DNA of 58,813 bases, from the IMG/VR virus record IMGVR_UViG_3300025543_000021, positions 1 through 58,813 of that record; one strand, 5' to 3'. The position numbers and the translations under genes were made by a program. The DNA is from a virus. Its lineage: Duplodnaviria; Caudoviricetes. Of this stretch, positions 47,565-56,353 are shown piece after piece (position 1 is the stretch's first letter; each line of letters begins with the position of its first letter). The notes beneath the pieces were generated by a model, which saw nothing but the letters and a program-made list of their open reading frames with translations, was not told the DNA's origin and made no database searches.

Positions 47565-48242
47565 ATGCCCCATCTAATCAGCAATATTCCTCACTTTAAT
47601 TGCTGGGTTAGAAAAGAATATACACACAATCACTTGAAATACCATGGCGAGTATTTACACGCGATAGCAATTGCGGTAAATACTATCCCTGATAGATGTT
47701 TATCTTTCCAAGTCGTATTTACTGGATACGAAATGGATGAAGAAGAAGATTCTGAAAATCTTCATGGTGGGGCGATGTGGGCTAGGATGCCGATAACCGC
47801 TTTAGTTGCAGATGCAGTTCTTGATGAAATGCCAGAACCTATGGCTACTCATTTAGCGCAACCTTGGGATTGTAGTTCTCGAGACCATGAAGCCATTGTT
47901 ATGGATCGCGTATCTTCTAGTCCTTGGTTATGTAAGATAGATAATGAGTTTCATACAGGTAAGTATTTGTTTACCGTCGATTATACAGGTAATGATATTG
48001 CCGACGATCCTGCACAACATAAGCAGAATCATGTAATTCAGCTAACGGATGCTGGGAAATGGACGGGTAATATTATAGCGTTACCTAATAATCGTGTAAG
48101 AGCGACTAACCCTGCTTTATGGGAGACAGGTTCAGGAGCACCGGACTTTTATCCTAGTCAACACGTTCATAGTGCGGAATGTGATGATAGTTATATGGAT
48201 CCGAACATTACGTTTAATAATTTATACTCTGAAGGAGAATAA
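47565..48242 (+). CDS. Hypothetical phage protein
   Basis: 225 aa with GGAMWARMPI, QPWDC and ALPNNRVR motifs. Confidence 0.75.
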   Translation: MPHLISNIPHFNCWVRKEYTHNHLKYHGEYLHAIAIAVNTIPDRCLSFQVVFTGYEMDEEEDSENLHGGAMWARMPITALVADAVLDEMPEPMATHLAQPWDCSSRDHEAIVMDRVSSSPWLCKIDNEFHTGKYLFTVDYTGNDIADDPAQHKQNHVIQLTDAGKWTGNIIALPNNRVRATNPALWETGSGAPDFYPSQHVHSAECDDSYMDPNITFNNLYSEGE

Positions 48243-48243
48243 A

Positions 48244-48360
48244 ATGCCTGGAAAAAAAGCAAACAAAAAGATGCCTAAGAAGATGATGAATGGTGGAAAA
48301 TCTTCTAAGAAAATGCCTATGATGAAAAGAGGCGGGGCAACAGGAAAGAAAAAGAAATGA
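48244..48360 (+). CDS. Tiny Lys/Met-rich protein (38 aa) with two xxGG motifs
   Basis: AAGGAG RBS before the ATG at 48244; MPGKKANKKMPKKMMNGGK...MMKRGG. Confidence 0.6.
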   Translation: MPGKKANKKMPKKMMNGGKSSKKMPMMKRGGATGKKKK

Positions 48361-48566
48361 GTCATTCTTATTATAAAACTTCATATCCTTCGCCAAAGAA
48401 ACAAAAGGCAGGGGTTATGCCATCTATTCCAGAACCTTCTAACGAAGGGTTTGCTAAGGCTACGGAGCTTAAAGAAAAAACCGTAAACCTTGAAGGAAAG
48501 AAAGTAAAAACAAAAGGCACTGGTGCAGCTACTAAAGGTTTGGATTTTACTAGCTACATTAACTAA
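48357..48566 (+). CDS. Small basic protein (KGTGAATKG motif)
   Basis: 69 aa, coupled to neighbours. Confidence 0.65.
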   Translation: MSHSYYKTSYPSPKKQKAGVMPSIPEPSNEGFAKATELKEKTVNLEGKKVKTKGTGAATKGLDFTSYIN

Positions 48567-48766
48567 TGGATTTTTTGAAATATTCGGAGTATTTACTCCG
48601 CAAATTACGTGAGAGACAAGCGGATCTCACGCATACACTCGCCACTGGTGGCGCACAAGACTTTGTTCAGTATCAACGAATAGTTGGTGAGATTTCGGGG
48701 CTTAATTTTGCTGAACAAGAGATAACTGCCCTGCACGGAAGGATGGAAGATGTCGAAGACGACTGA
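48566..48766 (+). CDS. Small hypothetical protein upstream of GroES
   Basis: 66 aa, YQRIVGEISGL motif. Confidence 0.7.
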   Translation: MDFLKYSEYLLRKLRERQADLTHTLATGGAQDFVQYQRIVGEISGLNFAEQEITALHGRMEDVEDD

Positions 48767-49211
48767 TGAAATAGACCTAAGTAGCATAGGTGCTACCCCA
48801 AACAGAGTTTTAAATTTTGGTTCTGATACGCCTTTAGAACCTAAAAAGGAGGCAATAACTCCTGAGAATTTAGAATCTCATGCGGATAAACTACCAAAAC
48901 CTACAGGTTATCGTATGTTAATCCTCCCGTTTACTCCTCCGGAGAAAACAAAAGGCGGCATTATGTTAGCTAAACAAACTCTTGATAAAGAGCGGATAGC
49001 TACCGTAGTTGGGCTTGTTGTAAGAAAAGGCCCAGATGCTTATTCCGATACAAATAAATTTCCTGAAGGCCCGTGGTGTGAAGAGGGTGATTGGGTAATA
49101 TTTGGTCGCTACGCAGGAGCAAGATTTAACATTGACGGAGGCGATATGCGTCTTTTAAACGACGATGAAATCTTAGCTACTGTAAACAATCCAGAAGATA
49201 TTCTGCAATAA
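48750..49211 (+). CDS. groES: Co-chaperonin GroES-like protein
   Basis: PTGYRMLI, KTKGGIML, GDWVIFGRYAG, RLLNDDEILA. Confidence 0.9.
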   Translation: MSKTTDEIDLSSIGATPNRVLNFGSDTPLEPKKEAITPENLESHADKLPKPTGYRMLILPFTPPEKTKGGIMLAKQTLDKERIATVVGLVVRKGPDAYSDTNKFPEGPWCEEGDWVIFGRYAGARFNIDGGDMRLLNDDEILATVNNPEDILQ

Positions 49212-49222
49212 GGTGATATAAA

Positions 49223-50080
49223 ATGTCTGAGTCTCAAGAAATTGAACTTATACTTCCAGATGAAGAAGTAGATCCACGGGAAGCTGATGTATTACAGGAG
49301 TCTTCTCAAGACTTCGATATGTCTGCACCTGAAAAAAGCAACACTGATGAGCTAGAAGACTATAGCGACGGTGTTCAAAAACGTATTGATAAGCTAACTT
49401 ATCGTATGAGAGAAGCTGAACGTCAGAGAGAAGAAGCAGTTGAATTCGCTAAGAAGTTATCTGAACATAACAACTCATTACAAAGTAAGTTGCAATCGTC
49501 AGATACCACGTTAGTTAACGAATATGCCCAAAGAATTGAATCTGATAAAGAACGCGCTCGTCGCGCTTTAGTTGAAGCTCAGCAACTAGGCGATGCTGAA
49601 GCAATATCATTAGCTACAGAAGCAGTTGCTAAAACTTCTTATGAAGCGCAAAATGCCCAAAGATTAATAGCACAGCAGAAAAACAGACCTCAACAGTCTC
49701 AACCTGCTGCGCCACAGCAAAGAAATTTGCAACCAGCTGCTCCTGACCGCGCTGCAGAAGCATGGGCAGAAAAGAATAGCTGGTTTGGTGAAGACGAAGG
49801 CATGACATATGCTGCTATGGGCGTTCACCAAAAATTGATAAAGGAAGGGGTTCCTCCTAGTTCTGCTCATTATTATCAACGGGTAGATTCTGAAATGAGA
49901 GACCTCTTTCCACAAAAGTTCGCCGATGAGACGAAAAACGTGCAATCTGCCGTAGCAGGAGCCAGCCGTGGTGCTGGAGCTGTTAAAAAAGGAGCACGCA
50001 GTGTTAAACTCACACCATCACAGATAGCAATAGCTAAACGTATCGGTGTGCCTCTTGAAGAGTACGCAAAATTTGTATAG
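49223..50080 (+). CDS. Putative capsid scaffolding protein
   Basis: Acidic N-terminus, coiled coil, C-terminal VKLTPSQIAIAKRIGVPLEEYAK. Lies upstream of the capsid genes. Confidence 0.7.
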   Translation: MSESQEIELILPDEEVDPREADVLQESSQDFDMSAPEKSNTDELEDYSDGVQKRIDKLTYRMREAERQREEAVEFAKKLSEHNNSLQSKLQSSDTTLVNEYAQRIESDKERARRALVEAQQLGDAEAISLATEAVAKTSYEAQNAQRLIAQQKNRPQQSQPAAPQQRNLQPAAPDRAAEAWAEKNSWFGEDEGMTYAAMGVHQKLIKEGVPPSSAHYYQRVDSEMRDLFPQKFADETKNVQSAVAGASRGAGAVKKGARSVKLTPSQIAIAKRIGVPLEEYAKFV

Positions 50081-50083
50081 GAG

Positions 50084-50557
50084 ATGAAAATGACAGATCG
50101 CACCTCCAGATCTGCTGAAACACGGGATAAAACAACCCGCCGCAAACCTTGGCAACCGCCATCAATGCTAGACGCCCCTGATGCCCCTGCAGGCTATAAA
50201 CACAGATGGGTTCGTGCAGAAGTTCGTGGCCACGATGACCGAGCAAATATGTCTAAACGTATTCGTGAAGGATTCGAGCCAGTAAGAGCAGAAGATCATC
50301 CTGATTTTGACGCTCCTACTATTGAAGAAGGACGACACGCTGGCGTGATTGGAGTAGGTGGCCTAATTCTCGCAAAAATACCTGACGAGACTGTAGATGA
50401 GCGGAACGCATATTTCAGCGGAAAAACTGCGGACCAACTCTATGGTGTTGACAATGATTTGCTGCGAGATAGTGACCCTCGTATGCCACTAAGAAAAAGT
50501 GATATTCGCAGGGACTCTAAAGTAGAGTTCGGTAGTCGTAAACCGTCTGCTGATTAA
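50084..50557 (+). CDS. Head-module hypothetical protein
   Basis: WQPPSMLDAP, GYKHRWVR and VGGLILAKIP motifs. Confidence 0.7.
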   Translation: MKMTDRTSRSAETRDKTTRRKPWQPPSMLDAPDAPAGYKHRWVRAEVRGHDDRANMSKRIREGFEPVRAEDHPDFDAPTIEEGRHAGVIGVGGLILAKIPDETVDERNAYFSGKTADQLYGVDNDLLRDSDPRMPLRKSDIRRDSKVEFGSRKPSAD

Positions 50558-50587
50558 ATTTCATCATTTTCCTCAAAGGATTAAATC

Positions 50588-51127
50588 ATGGCTAATACTG
50601 ATGCCCCTAACGGGTTCACCCCAGCCTACCATCTTTACGGTGGTACGATACGTCCCCAGAAATTGCGTATTGCAAGTGCAACGAATGCTTCCATCTTCAC
50701 TGGAGATGTAGTCATTCTTTCTTCTGGGTATGTTGTACAAGGCACTGCCACAGGCGCTCCATGTGGAGTTTTTGCTGGCGTTTTCTACACTGCCGCTGAC
50801 GGCACACCTACTTACTCTAATATGTGGACAGCTGGCGTAGCTACGTTAGGTTCTGCAGATGCAGAGGCGTATGTGTATACCGACCCAGCTATCGTGTATG
50901 AAGCACAATTTACTGCGGGTACTCCTGCTGTAAGTTTCATTGGTAGTAAATATACTATCACCACAACTGCTGGTAGCACCAACAATGGACGTTCCAAAGA
51001 AGGTGTAACAGCAACTACTAGCAGCGGCATTGCGTTGTTGAATAGGTTTGTGGATTCGCCAAGTAATGAAATCGGTGCTAACGCCCGTGGTTACTTTTCA
51101 TTCCCAACCAACATATTCGCTGTTTAA
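50588..51127 (+). CDS. Putative capsid decoration/minor capsid protein
   Basis: MANTDAPNGFTP and IFTGDVV motifs, directly before the MCP. Confidence 0.65.
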   Translation: MANTDAPNGFTPAYHLYGGTIRPQKLRIASATNASIFTGDVVILSSGYVVQGTATGAPCGVFAGVFYTAADGTPTYSNMWTAGVATLGSADAEAYVYTDPAIVYEAQFTAGTPAVSFIGSKYTITTTAGSTNNGRSKEGVTATTSSGIALLNRFVDSPSNEIGANARGYFSFPTNIFAV

Positions 51128-51139
51128 GGAGAGTAACTA

Positions 51140-52051
51140 ATGGCTATTAATAGAGCGCAACTCGTAAAAGAGCTTGTTCCTGGCCTTCACGCTCTCTTTG
51201 GTTTAGAGTATGAACGCTATGCACCAGAGCATGAAGAAATCTTCGATACGGAGACTTCTGAAAGAGCCTTCGAAGAAGAAGTAATGCTTACTGGTTTCGG
51301 TGAAGCACCTGTAAAGTTTGAAGGTTCTGGCGTATCTTATGATACTGCTCAAGAGTCTTTTACTGCACGGTACTCGCATGAAACTATCGCATTAGCTTTC
51401 TCTTTAACTGAAGAAGCTATTGAAGATAATTTGTACGACACTTTGTCCTCGCGTTATACACGAGCACTTGCTCGTTCTATGATGCAAACTAAGCAGATTA
51501 AAGCAGCTAACGTATTGAATAATGCGTTTAGTAACTCTTTTCTAGGCGGTGACGGCAAAGAACTATGTGCAACGGATCACCCAACGGTCGGTAATCAAGA
51601 TCAAAGCAATGAGCTGGCAACTGCCGCAGATTTGAATGAGACTTCATTAGAACAAGCGTTGATTGATATTGCAGCTTTCGAAGATGAGCGTGGTCTAAAG
51701 ATCAATGCTCAAGCCCGTAAGTTGATTATCCCATCTGCTCTGCAATTCGTTGCAGATCGTCTTTTGGAAACACAAGGGCGAGTAGGTACTGCGGATAACG
51801 ATATTAACGCGATCCGTAATATGGGGATGGTTCCTGAAGGATATACGGTTAATCATTATCTAACAGATACTGATGCCTTCTTCCTGAAGACTGACGTGCC
51901 TAACGGTCTGAAGCATTTTGTACGATCTCCTGTATCAACTAACATGGAAGGTGACTTCGAAACCGGAAATGTTCGTTATAAAGCAAGAGAACGCTATAGC
52001 TTCGGCTTTAGTGATTGGCGTGGTATTTTCGGTTCTCCTGGAGCCGCATAA
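51140..52051 (+). CDS. Major capsid protein
   Basis: MAINRAQLVKELVPGL, ARYSHETIAL, EEAIEDNLY, GDFETGNVRYKARERYSFG. TAAGGAG RBS and downstream terminator. Confidence 0.9.
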   Translation: MAINRAQLVKELVPGLHALFGLEYERYAPEHEEIFDTETSERAFEEEVMLTGFGEAPVKFEGSGVSYDTAQESFTARYSHETIALAFSLTEEAIEDNLYDTLSSRYTRALARSMMQTKQIKAANVLNNAFSNSFLGGDGKELCATDHPTVGNQDQSNELATAADLNETSLEQALIDIAAFEDERGLKINAQARKLIIPSALQFVADRLLETQGRVGTADNDINAIRNMGMVPEGYTVNHYLTDTDAFFLKTDVPNGLKHFVRSPVSTNMEGDFETGNVRYKARERYSFGFSDWRGIFGSPGAA

Positions 52052-52066
52052 TCCTGCTGATATGCT

Positions 52067-52103
52067 AAAAAAGAGGGGGGCACTTGTTGCCCCTTTTCTT
52101 TTT
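52067..52103 (+). terminator. Terminator after the MCP (A-tract before, T-tract after)
   Basis: GGGGCA-CTTGT-TGCCCC followed by TTTTCTTTTT. Confidence 0.75.
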
Positions 52104-52135
52104 CTGGAGTATAAACTCCCTATCTGAGAAAAAAA

Positions 52136-52196
52136 GCCTTAGCGACTGGCTCAGCAGACGTTACGAAGACTCTAAGGCGAATCCTTTCGTAAGAGG
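52136..52196 (+). ncRNA. Candidate pseudoknotted 5' leader abutting the RBS of the 52206 gene
   Basis: GCCTTAG/CTAAGGC and TTACGAA/TTCGTAA helices cross each other; GAGG follows immediately. Confidence 0.55.
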
Positions 52197-52205
52197 TATA
52201 TACCG

Positions 52206-52715
52206 ATGGCACAGACTACTTTTTCTGGCCCAGTTAAATCTTTAGCTGGTTTTATAAACGCAGGAGTTAACACCACTCTTAGCCTGACTGCGGACACTTC
52301 GCTAACTGTTGCAGCTCACGCAGGTAAAATCTTGCTATGTAATGATGCAGATGGAAAGTTCACACTTCCCTCGATTGTTACTACCGCCCCAACTGATCCT
52401 ACGTCTCCTGACCAAGTTAATAATGTAGGTGCGTCTTTCTTTTTCTATATCGAAACTGCTGCTACAGACTTGGATATTTTAACCGACGGCACTGACAAAT
52501 TTAAAGGTGCTGTAATGGTCGCTGTAGATGACGGTTCGAAGAAAGCATTTATTCCTGCAGCATCTAACGATGTAATCACTTTGAACGGATCTACGAAAGG
52601 CGGTCTTGTGGGTAGTGTTGTTCAGGTAACAGCGATTGATGCTGCGAGCTATCTTGTACACAACACTCTATTGCTTGGCTCCGGAACTATTGTTACTCCT
52701 TTTGCTGACGCATAA
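52206..52715 (+). CDS. Putative structural protein (MAQTTFSGPV N-terminus)
   Basis: 169 aa, beta-rich, follows the MCP. Confidence 0.7.
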   Translation: MAQTTFSGPVKSLAGFINAGVNTTLSLTADTSLTVAAHAGKILLCNDADGKFTLPSIVTTAPTDPTSPDQVNNVGASFFFYIETAATDLDILTDGTDKFKGAVMVAVDDGSKKAFIPAASNDVITLNGSTKGGLVGSVVQVTAIDAASYLVHNTLLLGSGTIVTPFADA

Positions 52716-52770
52716 GAATTATAACAATTAAATTAAGGGGAAGGTTTCTTCCCTTTATGGGAGATAAAAT

Positions 52771-53178
52771 ATGGCAGATGCAGTTAGTACGACTGTTTTA
52801 AGTGACGGTACTCATAGGGCTATTATACAGATAACCAACCTTAGTGACGGTACTGGCGAAGCAGCAGTTACAAAAATAGATGTTAGTTCTCTAGTTCCTA
52901 GAGCGGATGGCACTGCTTGTTCAAGTGTTAGAATTGAAAAAGTTGCTCACTCTGTAACAGGGTTTACTCAGGTACAGCTTCTTTGGAACGCTACTACCGA
53001 CACAATTGCTCTTTCTTTAGCAGAAGCGAGCAATGGGCACATGGACTTTAGTGAGTTCGGAGGACTATCTAATACAGCTGGCTCAGGTAAAAACGGAGAT
53101 ATCAACCTAACTACGTTAGGTGCTGCGTCAAACGATACCTATGTTATTGTTCTTGATTTAATAAAGAACTACGGCTAA
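52771..53178 (+). CDS. Putative structural protein
   Basis: 135 aa, SDGTGE and DFSEFGGL motifs. Confidence 0.65.
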   Translation: MADAVSTTVLSDGTHRAIIQITNLSDGTGEAAVTKIDVSSLVPRADGTACSSVRIEKVAHSVTGFTQVQLLWNATTDTIALSLAEASNGHMDFSEFGGLSNTAGSGKNGDINLTTLGAASNDTYVIVLDLIKNYG

Positions 53179-53846
53179 TGGCTACCTCTGGTACTAGAGT
53201 ATTTACCCTTACTGCTGCCGATGCAATTGAAGAAGCATACGAGTTAGCGGGGTTAGAATATCGAACAGGTTACGATGGTGTAACTGCTAGACGATCTATG
53301 AACATTATGTTTGCAGATTGGTCTAATAGAGGTATTCAAATTTGGGAAGTAGAGCAAGTATCTTTAGATTTAGTTCAAGGTACGACCACCTACGATTTAA
53401 ATCAATATGATATAGATATTTTAGATGCAGTTATTCGTAGAACAACTAATGGAATTCAAACTGATTTTCAGATTGACCGTATTGACCGTGGCACTTATTT
53501 AGATGTTCCAAATAAGTTGACAGAAGCACGAGTTACACAATATTATGTTGAAAGAACAATAACTCCAAAACTATACGTTTGGCCAGCTCCTGAAAATTCA
53601 ACAGATAAATTAATTTCTTATCGTTGGAAACGAATTCAAGATATTGACGCATCTGTAAACGATGTAGATGTCCCGAGTCGGTTTTTACCTTGTTTAGTTA
53701 CAGGATTAGCTTTTAATTTAGCCTTAAAGAAAAACCCTGAAAAAGCAGGGTTGCTCCAGCCACTGTACGAACAAAATCTAGTAAATGCTATTAAGTATGA
53801 TGATGATAGTTCTTTAAGATTAGTTCCAAGACGGACATATGTCTGA
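53178..53846 (+). CDS. Head-tail adaptor-like protein
   Basis: IEEAYE, ARRSMNIMFADWSNRG, LYVWPAP and VPSRFLPCL motifs. Confidence 0.7.
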   Translation: MATSGTRVFTLTAADAIEEAYELAGLEYRTGYDGVTARRSMNIMFADWSNRGIQIWEVEQVSLDLVQGTTTYDLNQYDIDILDAVIRRTTNGIQTDFQIDRIDRGTYLDVPNKLTEARVTQYYVERTITPKLYVWPAPENSTDKLISYRWKRIQDIDASVNDVDVPSRFLPCLVTGLAFNLALKKNPEKAGLLQPLYEQNLVNAIKYDDDSSLRLVPRRTYV

Positions 53847-54214
53847 TGTCGTTTGCTGTAGGCAAGTTTTCTTACGGTATATGTGACCGTTGCGGCTTTA
53901 GGTATAAATACCTACAGCTTAAAATGGAGTGGACTGGCTTTAAAGTTTGTTCCGAATGTTATGAGCCAAAGCACCCGCAGCTAACTCCTCCGTATCATAT
54001 AACTGATCCACAAGCTCTGCGTCAGGCTCGCCCTGAAGTTCCTTTACCGCAATCTCAGTTAGGGTTAGTTAGAACAACAGGCCCAAGCAATACAACTGAT
54101 TCTGGGGTAGACGTTGGAGGACAGCCTTTATATCTTGTAGATCCGGTAGGAACAACTTTTGAAAGCGTTTTCGCTACAGGAAATATTGGAACTATTGAGG
54201 TAGTTATTACATGA
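53846..54214 (+). CDS. Small protein with CxxC...CxxC
   Basis: ICDRCGF...VCSECYEPKHPQL. Confidence 0.7.
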   Translation: MSFAVGKFSYGICDRCGFRYKYLQLKMEWTGFKVCSECYEPKHPQLTPPYHITDPQALRQARPEVPLPQSQLGLVRTTGPSNTTDSGVDVGGQPLYLVDPVGTTFESVFATGNIGTIEVVIT

Positions 54215-54849
54215 GTTTTACATTAGCAACTTTAAAATCCACTGTTCAAGATTACATGGAAACTGCAGAAACGACATTTGTTTCTGATTTAGATACTTTT
54301 ATTAAAGAAGCTGAAGAGCGTATTTTAAAGACTGTTGAGCTTCCTGTTTTTAGAAAAAACGTAACAGGTAGTGCGACAGCAGGTAATACTTATTTGTCGA
54401 TGCCTACTGATTTTTTAGCCCCGTATAGCCTCGCTGTAATCTCTAGTAACGTCTATACATTTTTACTATTAAAGCACGTTTCTTTTATTAGAGATTACAC
54501 TCCTAATCCAGCTACTACAGGGCTTCCGAAATATTATGCTCAGTTTGATGACAATACGTTTATGTTAGGGCCGACCCCTGATACAACGTATAGTTTTGAG
54601 CTGCACTATAAATACCGTCCTGCGTCTTTAACAACAACAAGTGGATCCACTACAACATGGCTTTCTGAAAATGCTCCGGATGCTTTACTATATGGAACAT
54701 TAGTTGAAGCAGCTACTTTCCTTAAAATACCTGAAGAAACAGCTCAGTATGAACAAAGGTTTATACAAGCTATAAATGGATTGAAAAACCTTGGGCAAGG
54801 GTATGGCGCAATCGATGAATACCGTTACGATATAAGTAGAGGTGCGTAA
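54211..54849 (+). CDS. Adaptor / tail tubular A-like protein
   Basis: FIKEAEERI, GLPKYYA, GPTPD and WLSENAPDALLYGTLVEA motifs. Confidence 0.7.
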   Translation: MSFTLATLKSTVQDYMETAETTFVSDLDTFIKEAEERILKTVELPVFRKNVTGSATAGNTYLSMPTDFLAPYSLAVISSNVYTFLLLKHVSFIRDYTPNPATTGLPKYYAQFDDNTFMLGPTPDTTYSFELHYKYRPASLTTTSGSTTTWLSENAPDALLYGTLVEAATFLKIPEETAQYEQRFIQAINGLKNLGQGYGAIDEYRYDISRGA

Positions 54850-55143
54850 GTGGCTTTTTTTGAAGCTCCAAAACTTGAGATTGGTAACGTATTAGTAACG
54901 ACTACAACCAATAAAGGCCATGACCCTGAGTTTTGGGCGCAAACAATAGCGGACAGAGTTGTAAGCGTTGGTGGTAATTGCCATCCTGCTATTGCTCAAC
55001 AGGCAGAAGAGTTTAAAGAAGCGGTCAAGGCCACGGCTTTACACTATATTAAAGAAGCAATTAAGAGCGATAGGACTACCCTTACCGCTGAATTTGAACG
55101 TCAAGGCCATAAAGATATGGCAGACATAATTAGGAGTCTATAA
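54850..55143 (+). CDS. Hypothetical protein
   Basis: 97 aa in the tail operon. Confidence 0.65.
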   Translation: MAFFEAPKLEIGNVLVTTTTNKGHDPEFWAQTIADRVVSVGGNCHPAIAQQAEEFKEAVKATALHYIKEAIKSDRTTLTAEFERQGHKDMADIIRSL

Positions 55144-55574
55144 TGGCTATTTCTACGGCAATGTGTACTTCTTTCAAGCAAGAATTGTTGGAAGCAAAAC
55201 ATAACTTTTTAGCATCTGGTGGTAATACCTTTAAGCTGGCGCTATATACAAGTTCAGCAACATTAGGTGCGGCTACAACTGCGTACTCGGTTACTAACGA
55301 AGCAAGCGGCACGGGATACAGTGCGGGGGGTGCAGCGTTGACTAATGTAAATCCATCTAGCAGTGGCACTACGGCGCTTACCGACTTTGACGATCTTACG
55401 TTTTCCAGCGCAACAATCACTGCTAACGGCGCGTTGATTTACAATGACACAGCTTCTGGTGACCCAGCAGTTTGTTCCTTGGCGTTTGGGGGTGATAAGA
55501 CTTCTACCGCAGGCGACTTTACTATTCAGTTCCCCGCAGCAGATGCGTCAAATGCGATTATTCGCATAGCATAG
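55143..55574 (+). CDS. Tail-associated structural protein
   Basis: AMCTSFKQELL, FKLALYTSSA, GALIYN and FGGDKTSTAGDFTIQFP motifs. Confidence 0.7.
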   Translation: MAISTAMCTSFKQELLEAKHNFLASGGNTFKLALYTSSATLGAATTAYSVTNEASGTGYSAGGAALTNVNPSSSGTTALTDFDDLTFSSATITANGALIYNDTASGDPAVCSLAFGGDKTSTAGDFTIQFPAADASNAIIRIA

Positions 55575-55584
55575 CGAGTATTAT

Positions 55585-56352
55585 GTGGCAGACCTTAACG
55601 GATGGGGCAGAGGCACTTGGGGTGAAGGCCCGTGGAGTCAAGCAGATCCTGTTGAGGTCACAGGCGTTGCTGCGTCTGGTGCGGTTGGTACAGTCACTGT
55701 TGTTGCGGATGCAAACGTATCTATCACAGGCGTTGCAGGTACGGGCGCGGCAGGTACAGTCACTATTATCGAAGGTACAGGAATCACGGTTTCTGTCACG
55801 GGTGTTGAAGGAACTGGATCTGCCGGAACGGTTACTATATCCGGCGATGCGAATTTCAGTGTATCTGGCGTTGCTGGCACTGGAGCGGTTGGCACAGTTA
55901 CAGCAACGGGTAACGCAAACGTATCGGTCACTGGAGTTGAAGGTACAGGCGCGGCGGGAACAGTTACAGTCGATGCTGAAGCTAATACCGATGTCACAGG
56001 TGTTGAGGGTACAGGCGCAGTTGGAACGGTTATCGCCACAGGTGGCGCGGCTATTATCCCGACTGGTGTTGTTGGTACTGGAGCGGTTGGCACAGTTACA
56101 ATCGGTTTGGGACAAACACTCGTCCCGACTGGTGTTGAAGGTACGGGCGCTGCTGGTACAGTAACGGTAGATGCAAAAGCCACGGTAGTACTTATCGGGG
56201 TTTCAGGTGCTGGAGAGATAGGCGCTTTTAATGTTTGGGGGCTAGTAGATGATTCACAGATCCCAAATTGGATTAATATAAACGACAGTCAGACTCCCAC
56301 ATGGTCTGATGTATCAGACAGTCAGACTCCTAATTGGGAAGAGGTAGCATAA
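55585..56352 (+). CDS. Repetitive tail-associated protein (~22-aa TGVxGTGAVGTVTV repeats)
   Basis: About nine repeats, N-terminal WGRGTWG, three C-terminal DSQxPxW. Confidence 0.75.
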   Translation: MADLNGWGRGTWGEGPWSQADPVEVTGVAASGAVGTVTVVADANVSITGVAGTGAAGTVTIIEGTGITVSVTGVEGTGSAGTVTISGDANFSVSGVAGTGAVGTVTATGNANVSVTGVEGTGAAGTVTVDAEANTDVTGVEGTGAVGTVIATGGAAIIPTGVVGTGAVGTVTIGLGQTLVPTGVEGTGAAGTVTVDAKATVVLIGVSGAGEIGAFNVWGLVDDSQIPNWININDSQTPTWSDVSDSQTPNWEEVA

Positions 56353-56353
56353 A

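Noticed and set aside
55583-56164. Overlapping 193-aa ORF / programmed frameshift
   Set aside because: Off-frame shadow of the GTN/GGN/ACN repeat gene; no slippery site identified.
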